Of a stretch of 34,328 bases of DNA, positions 22,191 through 34,175 are shown piece by piece. This DNA comes from Octopus bimaculoides (taxonomy: Eukaryota), in the NCBI RefSeq assembly GCF_001194135.2, contig NC_068987.1, forward strand, positions 82,585,690 through 82,620,017, given 5' to 3'. The notes under the pieces were generated by a model. That model searched no databases, was not told the DNA's origin, and worked only from the letters and a program-made list of their open reading frames with translations. Both the position numbers and the translations under genes were made by a program. The stretch's first letter is position 1. Each line of letters begins with the position of its first letter.

Positions 22191-22802
22191 CCTGGCAATT
22201 CAATTTTGAACTCGGTAAAGGAGAGAAAAAATACGATTTGAGGGGTGTAGTGCAGTGATGACTTATCGATGTTGTTCGATTATAATTGCCTGATCGAACG
22301 ATTCAAATCCACTGACAATTCCGCATATCTCAAATTTTTATTATCCTTTTTTAAGGGTCTAATCATGACGTGAATTTCACAAGAACGTATGTATATAATA
22401 AAGACTTTCCAATTGTGTGGTGTGTGTTGGTGACAAAATGGAAAGAGCGAAAGGCGAACAAAAATCGAATTCTGTTCACGTGACCTAGGCTTATGTTAAG
22501 TGTAAGTAAATATGAACCGTGGACAACTGTGACATATGGCTTGAAAATTGCTTCCAAGCGAAGTGAATAACCTAAAAGAAATATTTTCCTTAAGAATAGT
22601 TATCATGAAGTCGATCAATAAACAGAAGAACCTCAACATGGGCCTTTTTGAATATAAAGGCAGCTATTGTCTACACATTTCTCTCCTGCTCCCCCCTCTC
22701 TTTCTCTCCAATATATACATACATGGGTAAATATGTATTTACATATATATATATGCAATTTGCACACGTATATGTGCGTGTATATAATATGTAAGTATAT
22801 CG

Positions 22803-22852
<50 letters not shown>

Positions 22853-22862
22853 CACACACACA

Positions 22863-22925
22863 TATACTCTTTTACTCTTTTACTTGTTTCAGTCATTTGA
22901 CTGCGGCCATGCTGGGGCACCACCT
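22863..22925 (-). mobile_element. SINE family A 3' tail fragment
   Basis: CTTTTACTTGTTTCAGTCATTTGACTGCGGCCATGCTGGGGCACC. Confidence 0.85.
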
Positions 22926-22942
22926 TATATATGTATATATAT

Positions 22943-23032
22943 NNNNNNNNNNNNNNNNNNNNNNNNNNNNNNNNNNNNNNNNNNNNNNNNNNNNNNNNNN
23001 NNNNNNNNNNNNNNNNNNNNNNNNNNNNNNNN
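22943..23032. other. Assembly gap within (TA)n
   Basis: N characters. Confidence 1.
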
Positions 23033-23106
<74 letters not shown>

Positions 23107-23134
23107 TTGTAAATATATATATAACATATATACA

Positions 23135-23272
23135 TGCTGTGTGGTAAGAAGCTTACTTCCCAATACATGGTCCCGGGTTCAGTCCTACAGCGTGGAATCT
23201 TGGGCAAGTGGCTTGTACTATAGCTTCGGCCGACTAAAGCCTTGTGAGTGGATTTGGTAGACGGAAAGAAAG
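23135..23272 (+). mobile_element. SINE family A 5' half
   Basis: GCTGTGTGGTAAGAAGCTT...GGGTTCAGTCC...GGATTTGGTAGACGGAAA. Confidence 0.88.
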
Positions 23273-23276
23273 CGTC

Positions 23277-23481
23277 ACCGAGTACAGCATAAAGTGAAAT
23301 ATTCTAGACAAAATGTAGAGCGCACTTCAATAGCAGATTATGCCTGACTGAAGAAAGAGCTATTTTAAAGAGCATCCACACCCAGCATCCATGCATTTAT
23401 CTGAATAGCAGAAGTGAAGTTTTTAATCCTTGCCCACATGAAAGGAAATACATCCTATCATTCCAGTGTGCCCCATCATGA
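23277..23481 (+). pseudogene. Penelope-like element ORF C-terminus (end of GIY-YIG region), disrupted
   Basis: TEYSIK*NILDK, a 1-nt frameshift, then CRAHFNSRLCLTEERAILKSIHTQHPCIYLNSRSEVFNPCPHERKYILSF. This fits the PLE pattern W.IL.K...C.LCL.E...I...LN.RSE....C.H..K..L. Confidence 0.75.
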
Positions 23482-24247
23482 TTATAATCACCAGTCTCCC
23501 AACTTAGGCCTTCCACCAATACTAAGGAGTCCAGCAAAGAGTTTGACCAGAACATACACTAACGCACCAACACACTCCCTAGCGCGGTGAGTGCCTGCCC
23601 AATAGACTTCTTTCCATCCCACCCCCAATATAAGCTCCCACACATATTGTACCCCTACTAACACCGCATGCACACGTAAATGTCCCGCGAATTTAACCAA
23701 TACATAAAAGAGAGGAAACACACTAACGAACAGAGATGTGTATGGCCCTACCACTCCGTAAAGGCTACACTTATAGTACCTCTACACACATTCCATTTCC
23801 ACAACCTTAAAGACACATTCATTTCCAACAAACTCTTGTCGACTTGCGGCACCTCCCCCGCCTCAGAGACGATGTTTTAGTTCCAATGGACATAACTCTT
23901 AACTGAATCCCTTGTTCGATTCGTTTCATCATCTTTTTCACAGAAACCACAAATCACACGTGTCTATTCACTCCAACAATAGAGAGTAGTCACCGTATTT
24001 CATTCCATTATGAGCGCAGGGTTACACAATCGGATTGTTACCGAATACTCCGTTGAAGCCCTTGTGCGAAACTGATTGGTAAGATCGGCCGTAATGGATA
24101 TATAATACTGTACACTTCGATTGAACTTATATAACGCACGCTCACACGGATCCCGGCCTTTCAACTGAACTTGGAGTACCCAATTGCTGGAATTTTTGTA
24201 CCTCGGATTACTGTTCCTGTTGGATTACGCCTTTCCTGCACCTTGAT
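23482..24247 (+). mobile_element. Probable 3' non-coding region of the PLE above
   Basis: Contiguous C/A-skewed non-coding sequence after the PLE stop, ending at (TAA)n; the extent is inferred. Confidence 0.4.

Positions 24248-24303
<56 letters not shown>
24248..24303. repeat. (TAA)n microsatellite
   Basis: Direct reading. Confidence 0.97.
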
Positions 24304-24305
<2 letters not shown>

Positions 24306-24573
24306 GGGAATAAAATTCCAAAACTTACAGGGAAAATTCAATTTAGCAATTCTAAATCAATTTTCCCAATATATAATACATATATATAATTTAGAGAAAA
24401 ACCTATTTTAACAAATTCAACACTGAAAAATGTCATTCAAAACATCTAGAAAAACAAATATACCACAAAAACCCTATTCCAAAAATCAATAAATTACCCA
24501 ATCAATAAATAGCAAATACCAATAAGCAGACTGCGCGCGTTTCGTGGCTAGATGTTTTGAATGACATTTTTCA
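24304..24573 (-). mobile_element. PLE pseudo-LTR-like remnant with half a hammerhead and an inverted segment
   Basis: Minus strand CCAC-GAAAC-GCGCGCA-GUC-UGCUU (24524-24547); perfect 26-bp inverted repeat 24424-24449 / 24548-24573. Confidence 0.5.
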
Positions 24574-24986
24574 NNNNNNNNNNNNNNNNNNNNNNNNNNN
24601 NNNNNNNNNNNNNNNNNNNNNNNNNNNNNNNNNNNNNNNNNNNNNNNNNNNNNNNNNNNNNNNNNNNNNNNNNNNNNNNNNNNNNNNNNNNNNNNNNNNN
24701 NNNNNNNNNNNNNNNNNNNNNNNNNNNNNNNNNNNNNNNNNNNNNNNNNNNNNNNNNNNNNNNNNNNNNNNNNNNNNNNNNNNNNNNNNNNNNNNNNNNN
24801 NNNNNNNNNNNNNNNNNNNNNNNNNNNNNNNNNNNNNNNNNNNNNNNNNNNNNNNNNNNNNNNNNNNNNNNNNNNNNNNNNNNNNNNNNNNNNNNNNNNN
24901 NNNNNNNNNNNNNNNNNNNNNNNNNNNNNNNNNNNNNNNNNNNNNNNNNNNNNNNNNNNNNNNNNNNNNNNNNNNNNNNNNNNNNN
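24574..24986. other. Assembly gap
   Basis: N characters; unlike most gaps here it is not bordered by (TA)n. Confidence 1.
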
Positions 24987-25639
24987 CTCCCCATCCCCAC
25001 CCCCACTTAAATATACTCTTCTCTTACAATATCTCAGAGCTTCCATATACACACTTATACCTCCTTTCATTCGTTCACCCCCCCACCGCACACGAATACA
25101 CACTCTTTAATAATCTACAAAGATACATACGTACATGTACACACTATCTTAACTCTCACAGACGCGCTCACATACGGGCGCATGCGCTCAAGCATCATCC
25201 TCACTTAGGTCACACTTGTTTTGATTGGCACCATTGAATCGTCCACGTCTTGCGCCTCTTCTTCTCGTGACATGAATAGCAATCACGCAAATACCTTCAC
25301 CGCTGCTGACACCATCCAGCCTCTTATCTCCCTTTGCATCCGCTCTCCGCTCAAAATGACCATTCATTTTTCTTTTGTCCTTTCTTCGGCCACTTTCCAT
25401 CAACCCAACAGCACGCGTAGATCACTTTCATACATTCTCGTATCTACACTATTTCACCTTCGCCTTCGACATTTTTAACATTTCGTATTTTTAATCTGAT
25501 TTTGATATGTTTGGAATTTGATGAAATATCAGCTTTTCGAACACATCAATCTCACGCTCTTTGCTCCACAGCCGCACACCAGACCAAGTGCTTCTTCATT
25601 CCGACATGCCGTTTTTTATATACAAAAACGCAGAAAAAT

Positions 25640-25953
25640 TAGAGCGTCGGGCTCATAATCATGAGGTAGTGAGTTCGATTCCCGGACCAGGCTGTGTATT
25701 GTGTTCTTGAGCAAGACACTTTTCCACGTTGTTCCAGTTGTGGAAATGAGTTGCGACATTACTGGTGCCAAGCTGTATCAGTCTTTACCTTTCTATTGGA
25801 TAACATCAATGACTTGGAGAGAGGAGGCTGCTATATATGGACTAGTACGTTGGTCTTCCATAAACAACCTCGCCCGGACTTGTGCCTAGGAGGGGAACTT
25901 TCTATTTGCAATCCCATGGCCAATCATGACCGAAGGGGCTCTTTACCCTTACC
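25640..25953 (+). mobile_element. SINE family D, tRNA-headed
   Basis: GGGCTCATAATCATGAGGTAGTGAGTTCGATTCCCGG (B-box), a TGTTCTTGAGCAAGACACTT box, and a TTTACCCTTACCTT end. Confidence 0.8.
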
Positions 25954-26144
25954 TTGCACGCGCAAATACATACACACATATATGTATGTGTGTGTATGCA
26001 TATGTATGTGTTGCATACTTACTAATGTACCTGTAGTTGAGTGTCTTTGCGTTTCTGTTTGTTTCTCAACATTTAACAACCACTGTTGGTTTCGTCGTGG
26101 TTGTTGTCATTGTTGTAGTCGTGGTGCCTACTGGTGAATAAAAA

Positions 26145-26530
26145 TGTATTTCTAAGGTTGCGTATAGAAACAACTAACAACTCTCACGAACAGTTAACAG
26201 AAACTTTATTTATTGCACAGAATTTTCGGTGTTGCATTTTTGACAAAAAAAACTAACAGCAACAATTACACACCAAGAGAGGCATGCTACTGGGAACTAC
26301 AGCAACTTAACTGATATAGCAATGGTGGCTGGCCCATCACGAGTGGAAAACAAGCGCGCTACGTTCATAGTGAGAAAATCTGTGTCTTCTAATTGTCATG
26401 AGAATAGAGACGTCTAGCGGCTGCCTCAGCATTCTGGGGTTACCACTAAAACCCACACTTATATAGTGCTCAATGAGAAAGTTCTAGAAAGTCGGATCAC
26501 GCGATGGCTTGACGCTGATTGATCAGTTAA
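26145..26530 (-). mobile_element. Possible solo-LTR-like sequence
   Basis: On the minus strand: TATATAAG at about 26457-26465, AATAAA at about 26205-26212, ending ...GAAATACA at 26145. The other boundary is not resolved. Confidence 0.3.
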
Positions 26531-26609
26531 TCGACCGATTATGTGAAACCGCGATGTTTACCCGGCAACCCAGCGATTCGGTTTCGATTCCGCTGCAGTT
26601 AATTTCACG

Positions 26610-27010
26610 TTGCTTTAACGTAGCGATTCGACAGAAAGGAAACGAACGGAATAAATAGCAGACTTTAATACAAATTCTAGGGTTGTTTTAATTGACTAAA
26701 TTCTAATCGATTGTGCCTCAGTATGGCAGCAGTCAAGTAAAAGAATATGTATATGGGACACAGGTAAAGCTATAAGGCTTAGTTCGTTTCTGAACCACGT
26801 GGTTTTGGATTTAGGCTCACTACACGGCACCATGATCAAGCGTCTTCTTATAGGCTGGGCCCGTCTGTGCCTCGTACACGAATTTGGTAAGCAGAAACTG
26901 TGGAAGCCTAGTGTGTGTGTGTGTGTGAATGTATTTCTGTTTTACTATAACTGCTTGCAAATCGATACTATCTTGTTTACATACTCGTAACTTAGCTGTT
27001 TGAACAAAAT
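26610..27010 (+). mobile_element. Two diverged family A pieces (3' half at about 26610-26748, head plus body at about 26755-27010)
   Basis: Degenerate matches to GTATGGCAGCAGTCAAGTAAAAGAATA and GAAACTGTGGAAGCC-(GT)n-CGTAACTTAGC. Confidence 0.6.
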
Positions 27011-27014
27011 ATTA

Positions 27015-27113
27015 GTTTCAAATTTTGGTACAAGGCCAGTAAGATTTGGGGAAAGGTAACTTGGATACATCGATCCCAGTGCTCAACTGGTACTTATTTT
27101 ATCGATCCCGAAA
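27015..27113 (-). mobile_element. SINE family B' 3' part
   Basis: TTTGGTACAAGGCCAG...ATCGATCCCAGTGCTCAACTGGTACTTATTTTATCGATCCCGAAAG. Confidence 0.8.
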
Positions 27114-27114
27114 G

Positions 27115-27198
27115 GGGTCGGTGGAAGACAGTGGTCCGAGGTTCCACGCAATGGGACTGAGCCCAGATCCATGTGGTGGGGAAGCAAGCACTTTACCA
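27115..27198 (-). mobile_element. SINE family A head fragment
   Basis: CCACGCAATGGGACTGAGCCCAGATCCATGTGG...CTTTACCA. Confidence 0.65.
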
Positions 27199-27468
27199 TA
27201 TATCCACATCTGCACAATAATTTGTGTTATATAGCGAAAACGATAATAGGCTTCAGATCGCGCGAACGCACACACACACAAACACACACACACACACCTG
27301 TTTGTTCTGGAGAAAATCTCAAAGATACTTTATATAAAGAATATATAAAACAGTTTTGCAAAATCAAACCGTCTGCAGATCGAATCACATTAACATACTG
27401 CAAGGCGTCGGGTGACTGTTTTTGAACCGCTGGGTTATGGTGAATTGATGACACTTAGTAAACAACAG

Positions 27469-27860
<392 letters not shown>

Positions 27861-28025
27861 GTTCGGATCTTAATCTTATGGTCTGTGAATAAACCTCAGC
27901 AAGCGTGCGTGATTATTCGTGTTTTCTCCTGCGTGTGGTCTTTGGAAGATGTTTAGGTTTTGTGACTGGCCTTTCCTTCTAGAAAACACAGCCAGGTGTT
28001 ATACACAATATAAACACGCACGCAC

Positions 28026-28057
<32 letters not shown>

Positions 28058-28197
28058 GCGCACACAACACGTATGTATTTAGTCAGAAGTAGAGCAATGG
28101 CTGTGAAACAGAGAACAAGCATGCATTCACCCAATAAACGGTCGAAATAACTAGAGCTTTAGTACTAGACCTCTTTCACTTGACCTTCTATCTTTTG

Positions 28198-28243
<46 letters not shown>
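28198..28243. repeat. (TTA)n microsatellite
   Basis: Direct reading. Confidence 0.95.
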
Positions 28244-28245
<2 letters not shown>

Positions 28246-28451
28246 TTTTTTCGTTCTATCTTTCAAACCAAGCAAAGAAAAAAAAAATAATAATAATAAT
28301 AGGGGAAAAAAATCTTGAAAGAAAGGGAATAAAATAAAAACTGCTAGAAAAACACATACTTAATGAAAGCATGTGTTTGAACAGCACGCCCTGAGTCAGA
28401 AAAAGACTCCTATCTTGTACAAAGATAACTTTATGGCGTACTACAAAGTGA

Positions 28452-28485
28452 TAACAACAACAACAACAACAACAACACTAACAGC

Positions 28486-28512
<27 letters not shown>
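28452..28512. repeat. (CAA)n(TAA)n microsatellite
   Basis: Direct reading. Confidence 0.93.
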
Positions 28513-28538
<26 letters not shown>

Positions 28539-29092
28539 TGATGATAATAATAATGAGGTCAAAAGGAAAAAAAAATGGCTGTTTCTGTCCCTATTTCTGG
28601 AAGCTAACGAACAGATTGTTTTGATTGTTAAAAGCGTCAACAACAATACGTATGTGATACACCTCGGGTAATATTTAACCTGAAAGCGACACCTAAAACC
28701 TTCTATTTTGTTGAATATATTCTGGATGGCAATTGAGTAAAATTATTTTTAAGTGGTCTGTTCAGTTTGATAAGCAAGACTAAGTTTTCAAACAATCAAT
28801 TTTCTGCTTCCACTGATTTTCTTTCTTAGTAACAACCAACAAAGGACTTTCACCACTCGACTCCGAAAATATTTCTTTTGATGTGAGATAAATCTTTTAC
28901 TTGTCATTATGAAGATAAATTTTCCGCCAAAAACATAATTACGAGAAAGATATTAAAGACAAACATTAGAGAAACCTTAATTGGAAAACTCTGTTTATGT
29001 ATGCATGTATGTGCGTGCATGTGTATGTGTGTGATTGTATGTAGGTATATGTGTGTGTGTGTGGGTATGTGTGTGTGTGTGTATGTGTGTGA

Positions 29093-29132
<40 letters not shown>

Positions 29133-29590
29133 NNNNNNNNNNNNNNNNNNNNNNNNNNNNNNNNNNNNNNNNNNNNNNNNNNNNNNNNNNNNNNNNNNNN
29201 NNNNNNNNNNNNNNNNNNNNNNNNNNNNNNNNNNNNNNNNNNNNNNNNNNNNNNNNNNNNNNNNNNNNNNNNNNNNNNNNNNNNNNNNNNNNNNNNNNNN
29301 NNNNNNNNNNNNNNNNNNNNNNNNNNNNNNNNNNNNNNNNNNNNNNNNNNNNNNNNNNNNNNNNNNNNNNNNNNNNNNNNNNNNNNNNNNNNNNNNNNNN
29401 NNNNNNNNNNNNNNNNNNNNNNNNNNNNNNNNNNNNNNNNNNNNNNNNNNNNNNNNNNNNNNNNNNNNNNNNNNNNNNNNNNNNNNNNNNNNNNNNNNNN
29501 NNNNNNNNNNNNNNNNNNNNNNNNNNNNNNNNNNNNNNNNNNNNNNNNNNNNNNNNNNNNNNNNNNNNNNNNNNNNNNNNNNNNNNNNNN
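29133..29590. other. Assembly gap within (TG)/(TA) microsatellite
   Basis: N characters. Confidence 1.
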
Positions 29591-31704
29591 ATATATATAT
29601 ATATATTTATATATACTCAAACATACACACACACACACATGTGAAGTTGAACGAAAACTACAAGAGATATAGAAGAAATCTTTTCTGTTTAAGAAGTCCC
29701 GAAATGCAATTACTGAAAAAATACACGGTTCGCCAGTTTATGCAGCCCGCTGATTGCTTAAACAGAGGATAAGTTTACTTGTTTCTGGTTGATGTCAATT
29801 GATCTTGTATTTTTCTCTCACTTCTACTGTCTGAGCTGACACCTATTCTAATAGTTAATGGAAAGAAAATCTTATTAAATAATATCTTTTACGTATTTAT
29901 GAAATTTTTCTTTTATTTTCTCCTACATTATTTTTTTTCGACACTTCTTCGCGAAATACTGCTATGTAACTCGCTTCGGACAAACATCATTTCAGCTGAA
30001 GTGAAATAATCATGCGAACATCTGAAAATTAATAGGAAAACACATGGTAAATATATTCCAAGAATTTCTTCTTATTCTTCTTCGTCTTGATTTTATTTTT
30101 ATTCATTTATTTGTATATTTGTTTATTTAGTTGGTCTTGATTTTGGATTGTTTTTTGGAGTTTTTTTTTTTTTGGTTTTGGTTTTCGTTTTGATTTCTCT
30201 TTTCTTTTGAAGGCAAGACAGTTAATTCCTTTTTGTCGGATTTAGAAAATAGAAGACAGTAAAGAAACAATTCTTCGGAAGACAATGCAATAAATCAGTG
30301 GCAGAAACAGGCCTCACCAACAACCAAAGAGACAAATAAATGCAAACATAACTAAGAACGAAGAGGGGCAGCTAGTGATGTGCGTAGCGTAGACACACGC
30401 ACAGAAAAATAATTGAAGAACTGCCAAAAATGTATAGACAGAACATCTGGTGAAGCAGAAGATAGATGCGTGAGTGTAGTTCTTCATAGGAAATTGGGTT
30501 AAAGAAAGGGGCGTGATGGGGTTAGTAATGTCAGCGGCCCAAAGAATACAGAATACGTCAAGAAAATAGTTGACGATTAGTCAAGGGAAGGAAAAAAAAT
30601 TCAACTGAAAAATAAATAGATTTGCTAATCTAAAGCAGTGTGAAACAACATAGGTTTATAAAAACAAGCGTTAGAGGTGGAAATACATTAATATAAATAT
30701 ACACACATAGGTATACATATATACATACATACATACATGCATGCATACATACATACATATATATATAACTTAATGCATGTGTGTCTATATAGTTTTGGCA
30801 CTCACGCATATAAAGTAAACTAAACATGATGTTTATCGTCCAAGATATCTATATCACAATTTGATTTCGTTTAACTTTTCGTACTCACACACAAGCAAGC
30901 ACACACGCATATACATTCACGCATATTCATACACACACACACACACACAGACACACGTACAATATATACATACAGGTACACAGACACACATATATGTATG
31001 TGTCACACGCTGCCAACATCACTGCCAATACACACCTAATCAGTTATATAAACACACACACACACACACAAACACACAACCACCGTCACCAGCTCCACTT
31101 CTCCTTCACCACCACCATCACAGTTGAAGGATCCTCTTTATGATCGCTTGACCTGCTAGGAACAGCGGACTAGTCTCCCTCAAATAAAAATTTTACGAAG
31201 AATGAAGATGTATGTGTTGGATAATTTCCTTTTGGATCCAAAGCCTGAAATAAAAACGTAACGGTTATGGATAGAATGCTGAATGCACCGACCTATGAAC
31301 AACAAAAATAACAACACATGAACAGCCAACCACCGCACCACTAGCCCCCACCCCACCAATATTACATACACACACAAACACCACCAGCTCACACTATCAA
31401 ACACCCCCCCATTACACCTACACACTCCTCATTCCCATCACACGCTTGACAATCATAGGAATTGTTATTGTGATTTCGTTCAACTTTTTCAGTAACAAAA
31501 CGACCGTTCTTTTATTATTTTTGTTGCTGTTGTTTCGCACCAGGCAGCCCCGAATGAGTAAACCTATGATTAAAATGGCCAACAATAATCTAATTCTTTT
31601 TTTTTCTTTTTTCTTGCAGATAAAACGGCGATGAAACAATTGCCACACTGAAGAATTTTGACTTAGAACAAAGTTTCTGTGGGTAATTTTTGTTATATAT
31701 AGTA

Positions 31705-31931
31705 TTGGGTTGTCCGGAAAGTTCGTGCCGATTTTTAAGGAAAGAAAAAGATCAATAAATACATGCCATTACATTTTTAATCAACCAAATATGAACCATT
31801 TTGTTGCACAATGCGTCTCCATCTTTCCTTCAACTTGAAAATACCCTCTTCCCAGAATTGAGGTGGTTTCATGGCAAATAAGTCGAAAGGCAAGCTACTA
31901 TAAATCGGCACGAACTTTCCGGACAACTCAA
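31705..31931 (-). mobile_element. Mariner internal-deletion derivative (227-bp MITE)
   Basis: TIRs TTGGGTTGTCCGGAAAGTTCGTGCCGATTT / AAATCGGCACGAACTTTCCGGACAACTCAA (1 mismatch) with TA on both sides. Minus strand retains FAMKPPQFWEEGIFKLKERWRRIVQQNGSYLVD*, a typical mariner transposase C-terminus. Confidence 0.92.
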
Positions 31932-32020
31932 TATATATACAATGGATGATACAAGTTTTATTGGCCTTCTGCCTTCTGCAAGATTTGAACCAAGAACTGT
32001 GGAAGATGAANNNNNNNNNN

Positions 32021-32188
32021 AGTGCTGCACACACCGAGATCACAGACCGTATCCAGAAAATGGCTTCCAAACTGATTTGACACGAAATAGCTCACCAACA
32101 CATTCCAGCCTCTCGTCCATAATCCTGCTGTCTTCAGACTCTCACTCTTCTTACCAGCACCACTGCCACCACCACCACCACCACCACC

Positions 32189-32222
<34 letters not shown>

Positions 32223-32445
32223 GTGCTGCTGCTGCTGGATGATCATATGTTAATTGAACTCACCCGGTTCAATTACCTTTCCTCCTCCCATCACTCATAG
32301 TGTTTATACCCTCCACCTTGGTTCGAACTAACCTAGTATAATCAATCCATCTTTCGCATATTATCATCCACCCTTCCTGGAATCCCTTCATTGCCTATAT
32401 TTTCCCCTTGTCATTGACTTCCAGGTGCTGAAAAGCACTAACTGC
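32021..32445 (+). mobile_element. Degenerate L2/CR1-group LINE 3' ORF remnant, split by a microsatellite
   Basis: Across frameshifts: TEITDRIQKMASKLI, LTNTFQPLVH..AVFRLSLF, YNQSIFR, WN and IFPLVIDFQVLKS. Confidence 0.6.
32160..32237. repeat. Compound (CAC)n(TAC)n(TGC)n microsatellite
   Basis: Direct reading. Confidence 0.95.
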
Positions 32446-32608
32446 AACTACACCTCTAGTTTGGTTAAGGAAAACCCGTCAAGGCCACACTATGCCCCAT
32501 TCCTTCATGTCAAGCTAATGAAAAATACAATAAAATACTTAGTCCAGCGTTTTATAAATATAGCCAACATCACTACGACACTACTTTTTTTTTCCAATTT
32601 CGAATAAT

Positions 32609-32811
32609 CTTTTCTCCTCTAGGCACAAGGCACGAAATTTTTAGGGAGGCGCCAGTCGATTAGATCGTCCCCAGTACGCAACTGGTACTTAATTTATCGA
32701 CCCCGAAAGGATGAAAGGCAAAGTCGACCTCGGCGGAATTTGAACTCAGAATGTAAAGGCAGACGAAATACCGCTAAGAATTTCACCCGGCGTGCTAACG
32801 ATTCTGCCAGC
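32609..32811 (-). mobile_element. SINE family B/B' with a 19-bp TSD
   Basis: Family-B core. Flanks TTTTCCAATTTCGAATAAT (32590-32608) and TTTTCCAATTTTGAATAAT (32812-32830). Confidence 0.92.
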
Positions 32812-32849
32812 TTTTCCAATTTTGAATAATGATTATTTAGTTAACTACA

Positions 32850-33803
32850 CGCAGGAGTGGCTGTGTGATAAGTAGCTTGCTTACCAACCACATGGTTCCG
32901 GGTTCAGTCCCGTTGCGTGGCACCATGGGCAAGTTTCTTCTACTATAGTCTCGGGCTGACCAAAGCTTTGTCAGTGGACTTGGTAGACGGAAACTGAAAG
33001 AAGCCAACACCTATATATATATANNNNNNNNNNNNNNNNNNNNNNNNNNNNNNNNNNNNNNNNNNNNNNNNNNNNNNNNNNNNNNNNNNNNNNNNNNNNN
33101 NNNNNNNNNNNNNNNNNNNNNNNNNNNNNNNNNNNNNNNNNNNNNNNNNNNNNNNNNNNNNNNNNNNNNNNNNNNNNNNNNNNNNNNNNNNNNNNNNNNN
33201 NNNNNNNNNNNNNNNNNNNNNNNNNNNNNNNNNNNNNNNNNNNNNNNNNNNNNNNNNNNNNNNNNNNNNNNNNNNNNNNNNNNNNNNNNNNNNNNNNNNN
33301 NNNNNNNNNNNNNNNNNNNNNNNNNNNNNNNNNNNNNNNNNNNNNNNNNNNNNNNNNNNNNNNNNNNNNNNNNNNNNNNNNNNNNNNNNNNNNNNNNNNN
33401 NNNNNNNNNNNNNNNNNNNNNNNNNNNNNNNNNNNNNNNNNNNNNNNNNNNNNNNNNNNNNNNNNNNNNNNNNNNNNNNNNNNNNNNNNNNNNNNNNNNN
33501 NNNNNNNNNNNNNNNNNNNNNNNNNNNNNNNNNNNNNNNNNNNNNNNNNNNNNNNNNNNNNNNNNNNTGTGTGTATGTATGTATGTATGTATAGGCTTGT
33601 GTGTCTGTGTTTGTCCCCCCGAACATCGCATGACAACCGATGCTGGTGTGTTTACGTCCCCGTAACTTAGCAGTTCGGCAAAGGAGATCGATAGAATAAG
33701 TAAGTACTAGGCTTACAAAGAATAAGTCCTGGGGTCAATTTGTTCGACTAAAAGACGGTGCTCCAGCATGGCCGCAGTCAAATGACTGAAACAAGTAAAA
33801 GAA
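32850..33803 (+). mobile_element. SINE family A, full-length, with its internal microsatellite lost in the N-gap 33024-33568
   Basis: Head CGCAGGAGTGGCTGTGTG before the gap and the 3' domain plus tail after it. Confidence 0.9.
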
Positions 33804-34143
33804 AGGAAGGAAAATACTGAGACAAACGGAAGCTTTTGTAGCGGAACGCTTTGTTGCATCGAGTTTTGTGTTCTGAATTCAGAGCTTCACATCCTGCTGT
33901 TACAATTTTGCCTTCATTTATCGAGTCTCAGTAATATATGCACCAAGGGTATTCTGAGACAGATGCAATCAGCAACGCACGTCTCTGGTAGACCTCAATA
34001 ATAATAAATATCTCACTCAAAAATTGATTTATTTCACCATCGAACCAGGCAGGGAACTCATCAATGGGAAACGAAAAGAGAAAAACTCTTACTGACCAGA
34101 ATAAATATGTATGTATGTATATATGTATATATGTATATATGTA

Positions 34144-34175
<32 letters not shown>

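Noticed and set aside
24049-24085. Hammerhead-like CCGTTGAAGCCC...GCGAAAC in the PLE 3' region
   Set aside because: Two core positions are changed and helix I does not form; at most a decayed relic.
29770-30600. Possible promoter or 5' UTR on the minus strand
   Set aside because: Only a compositional impression; no specific motif or ORF supports it.
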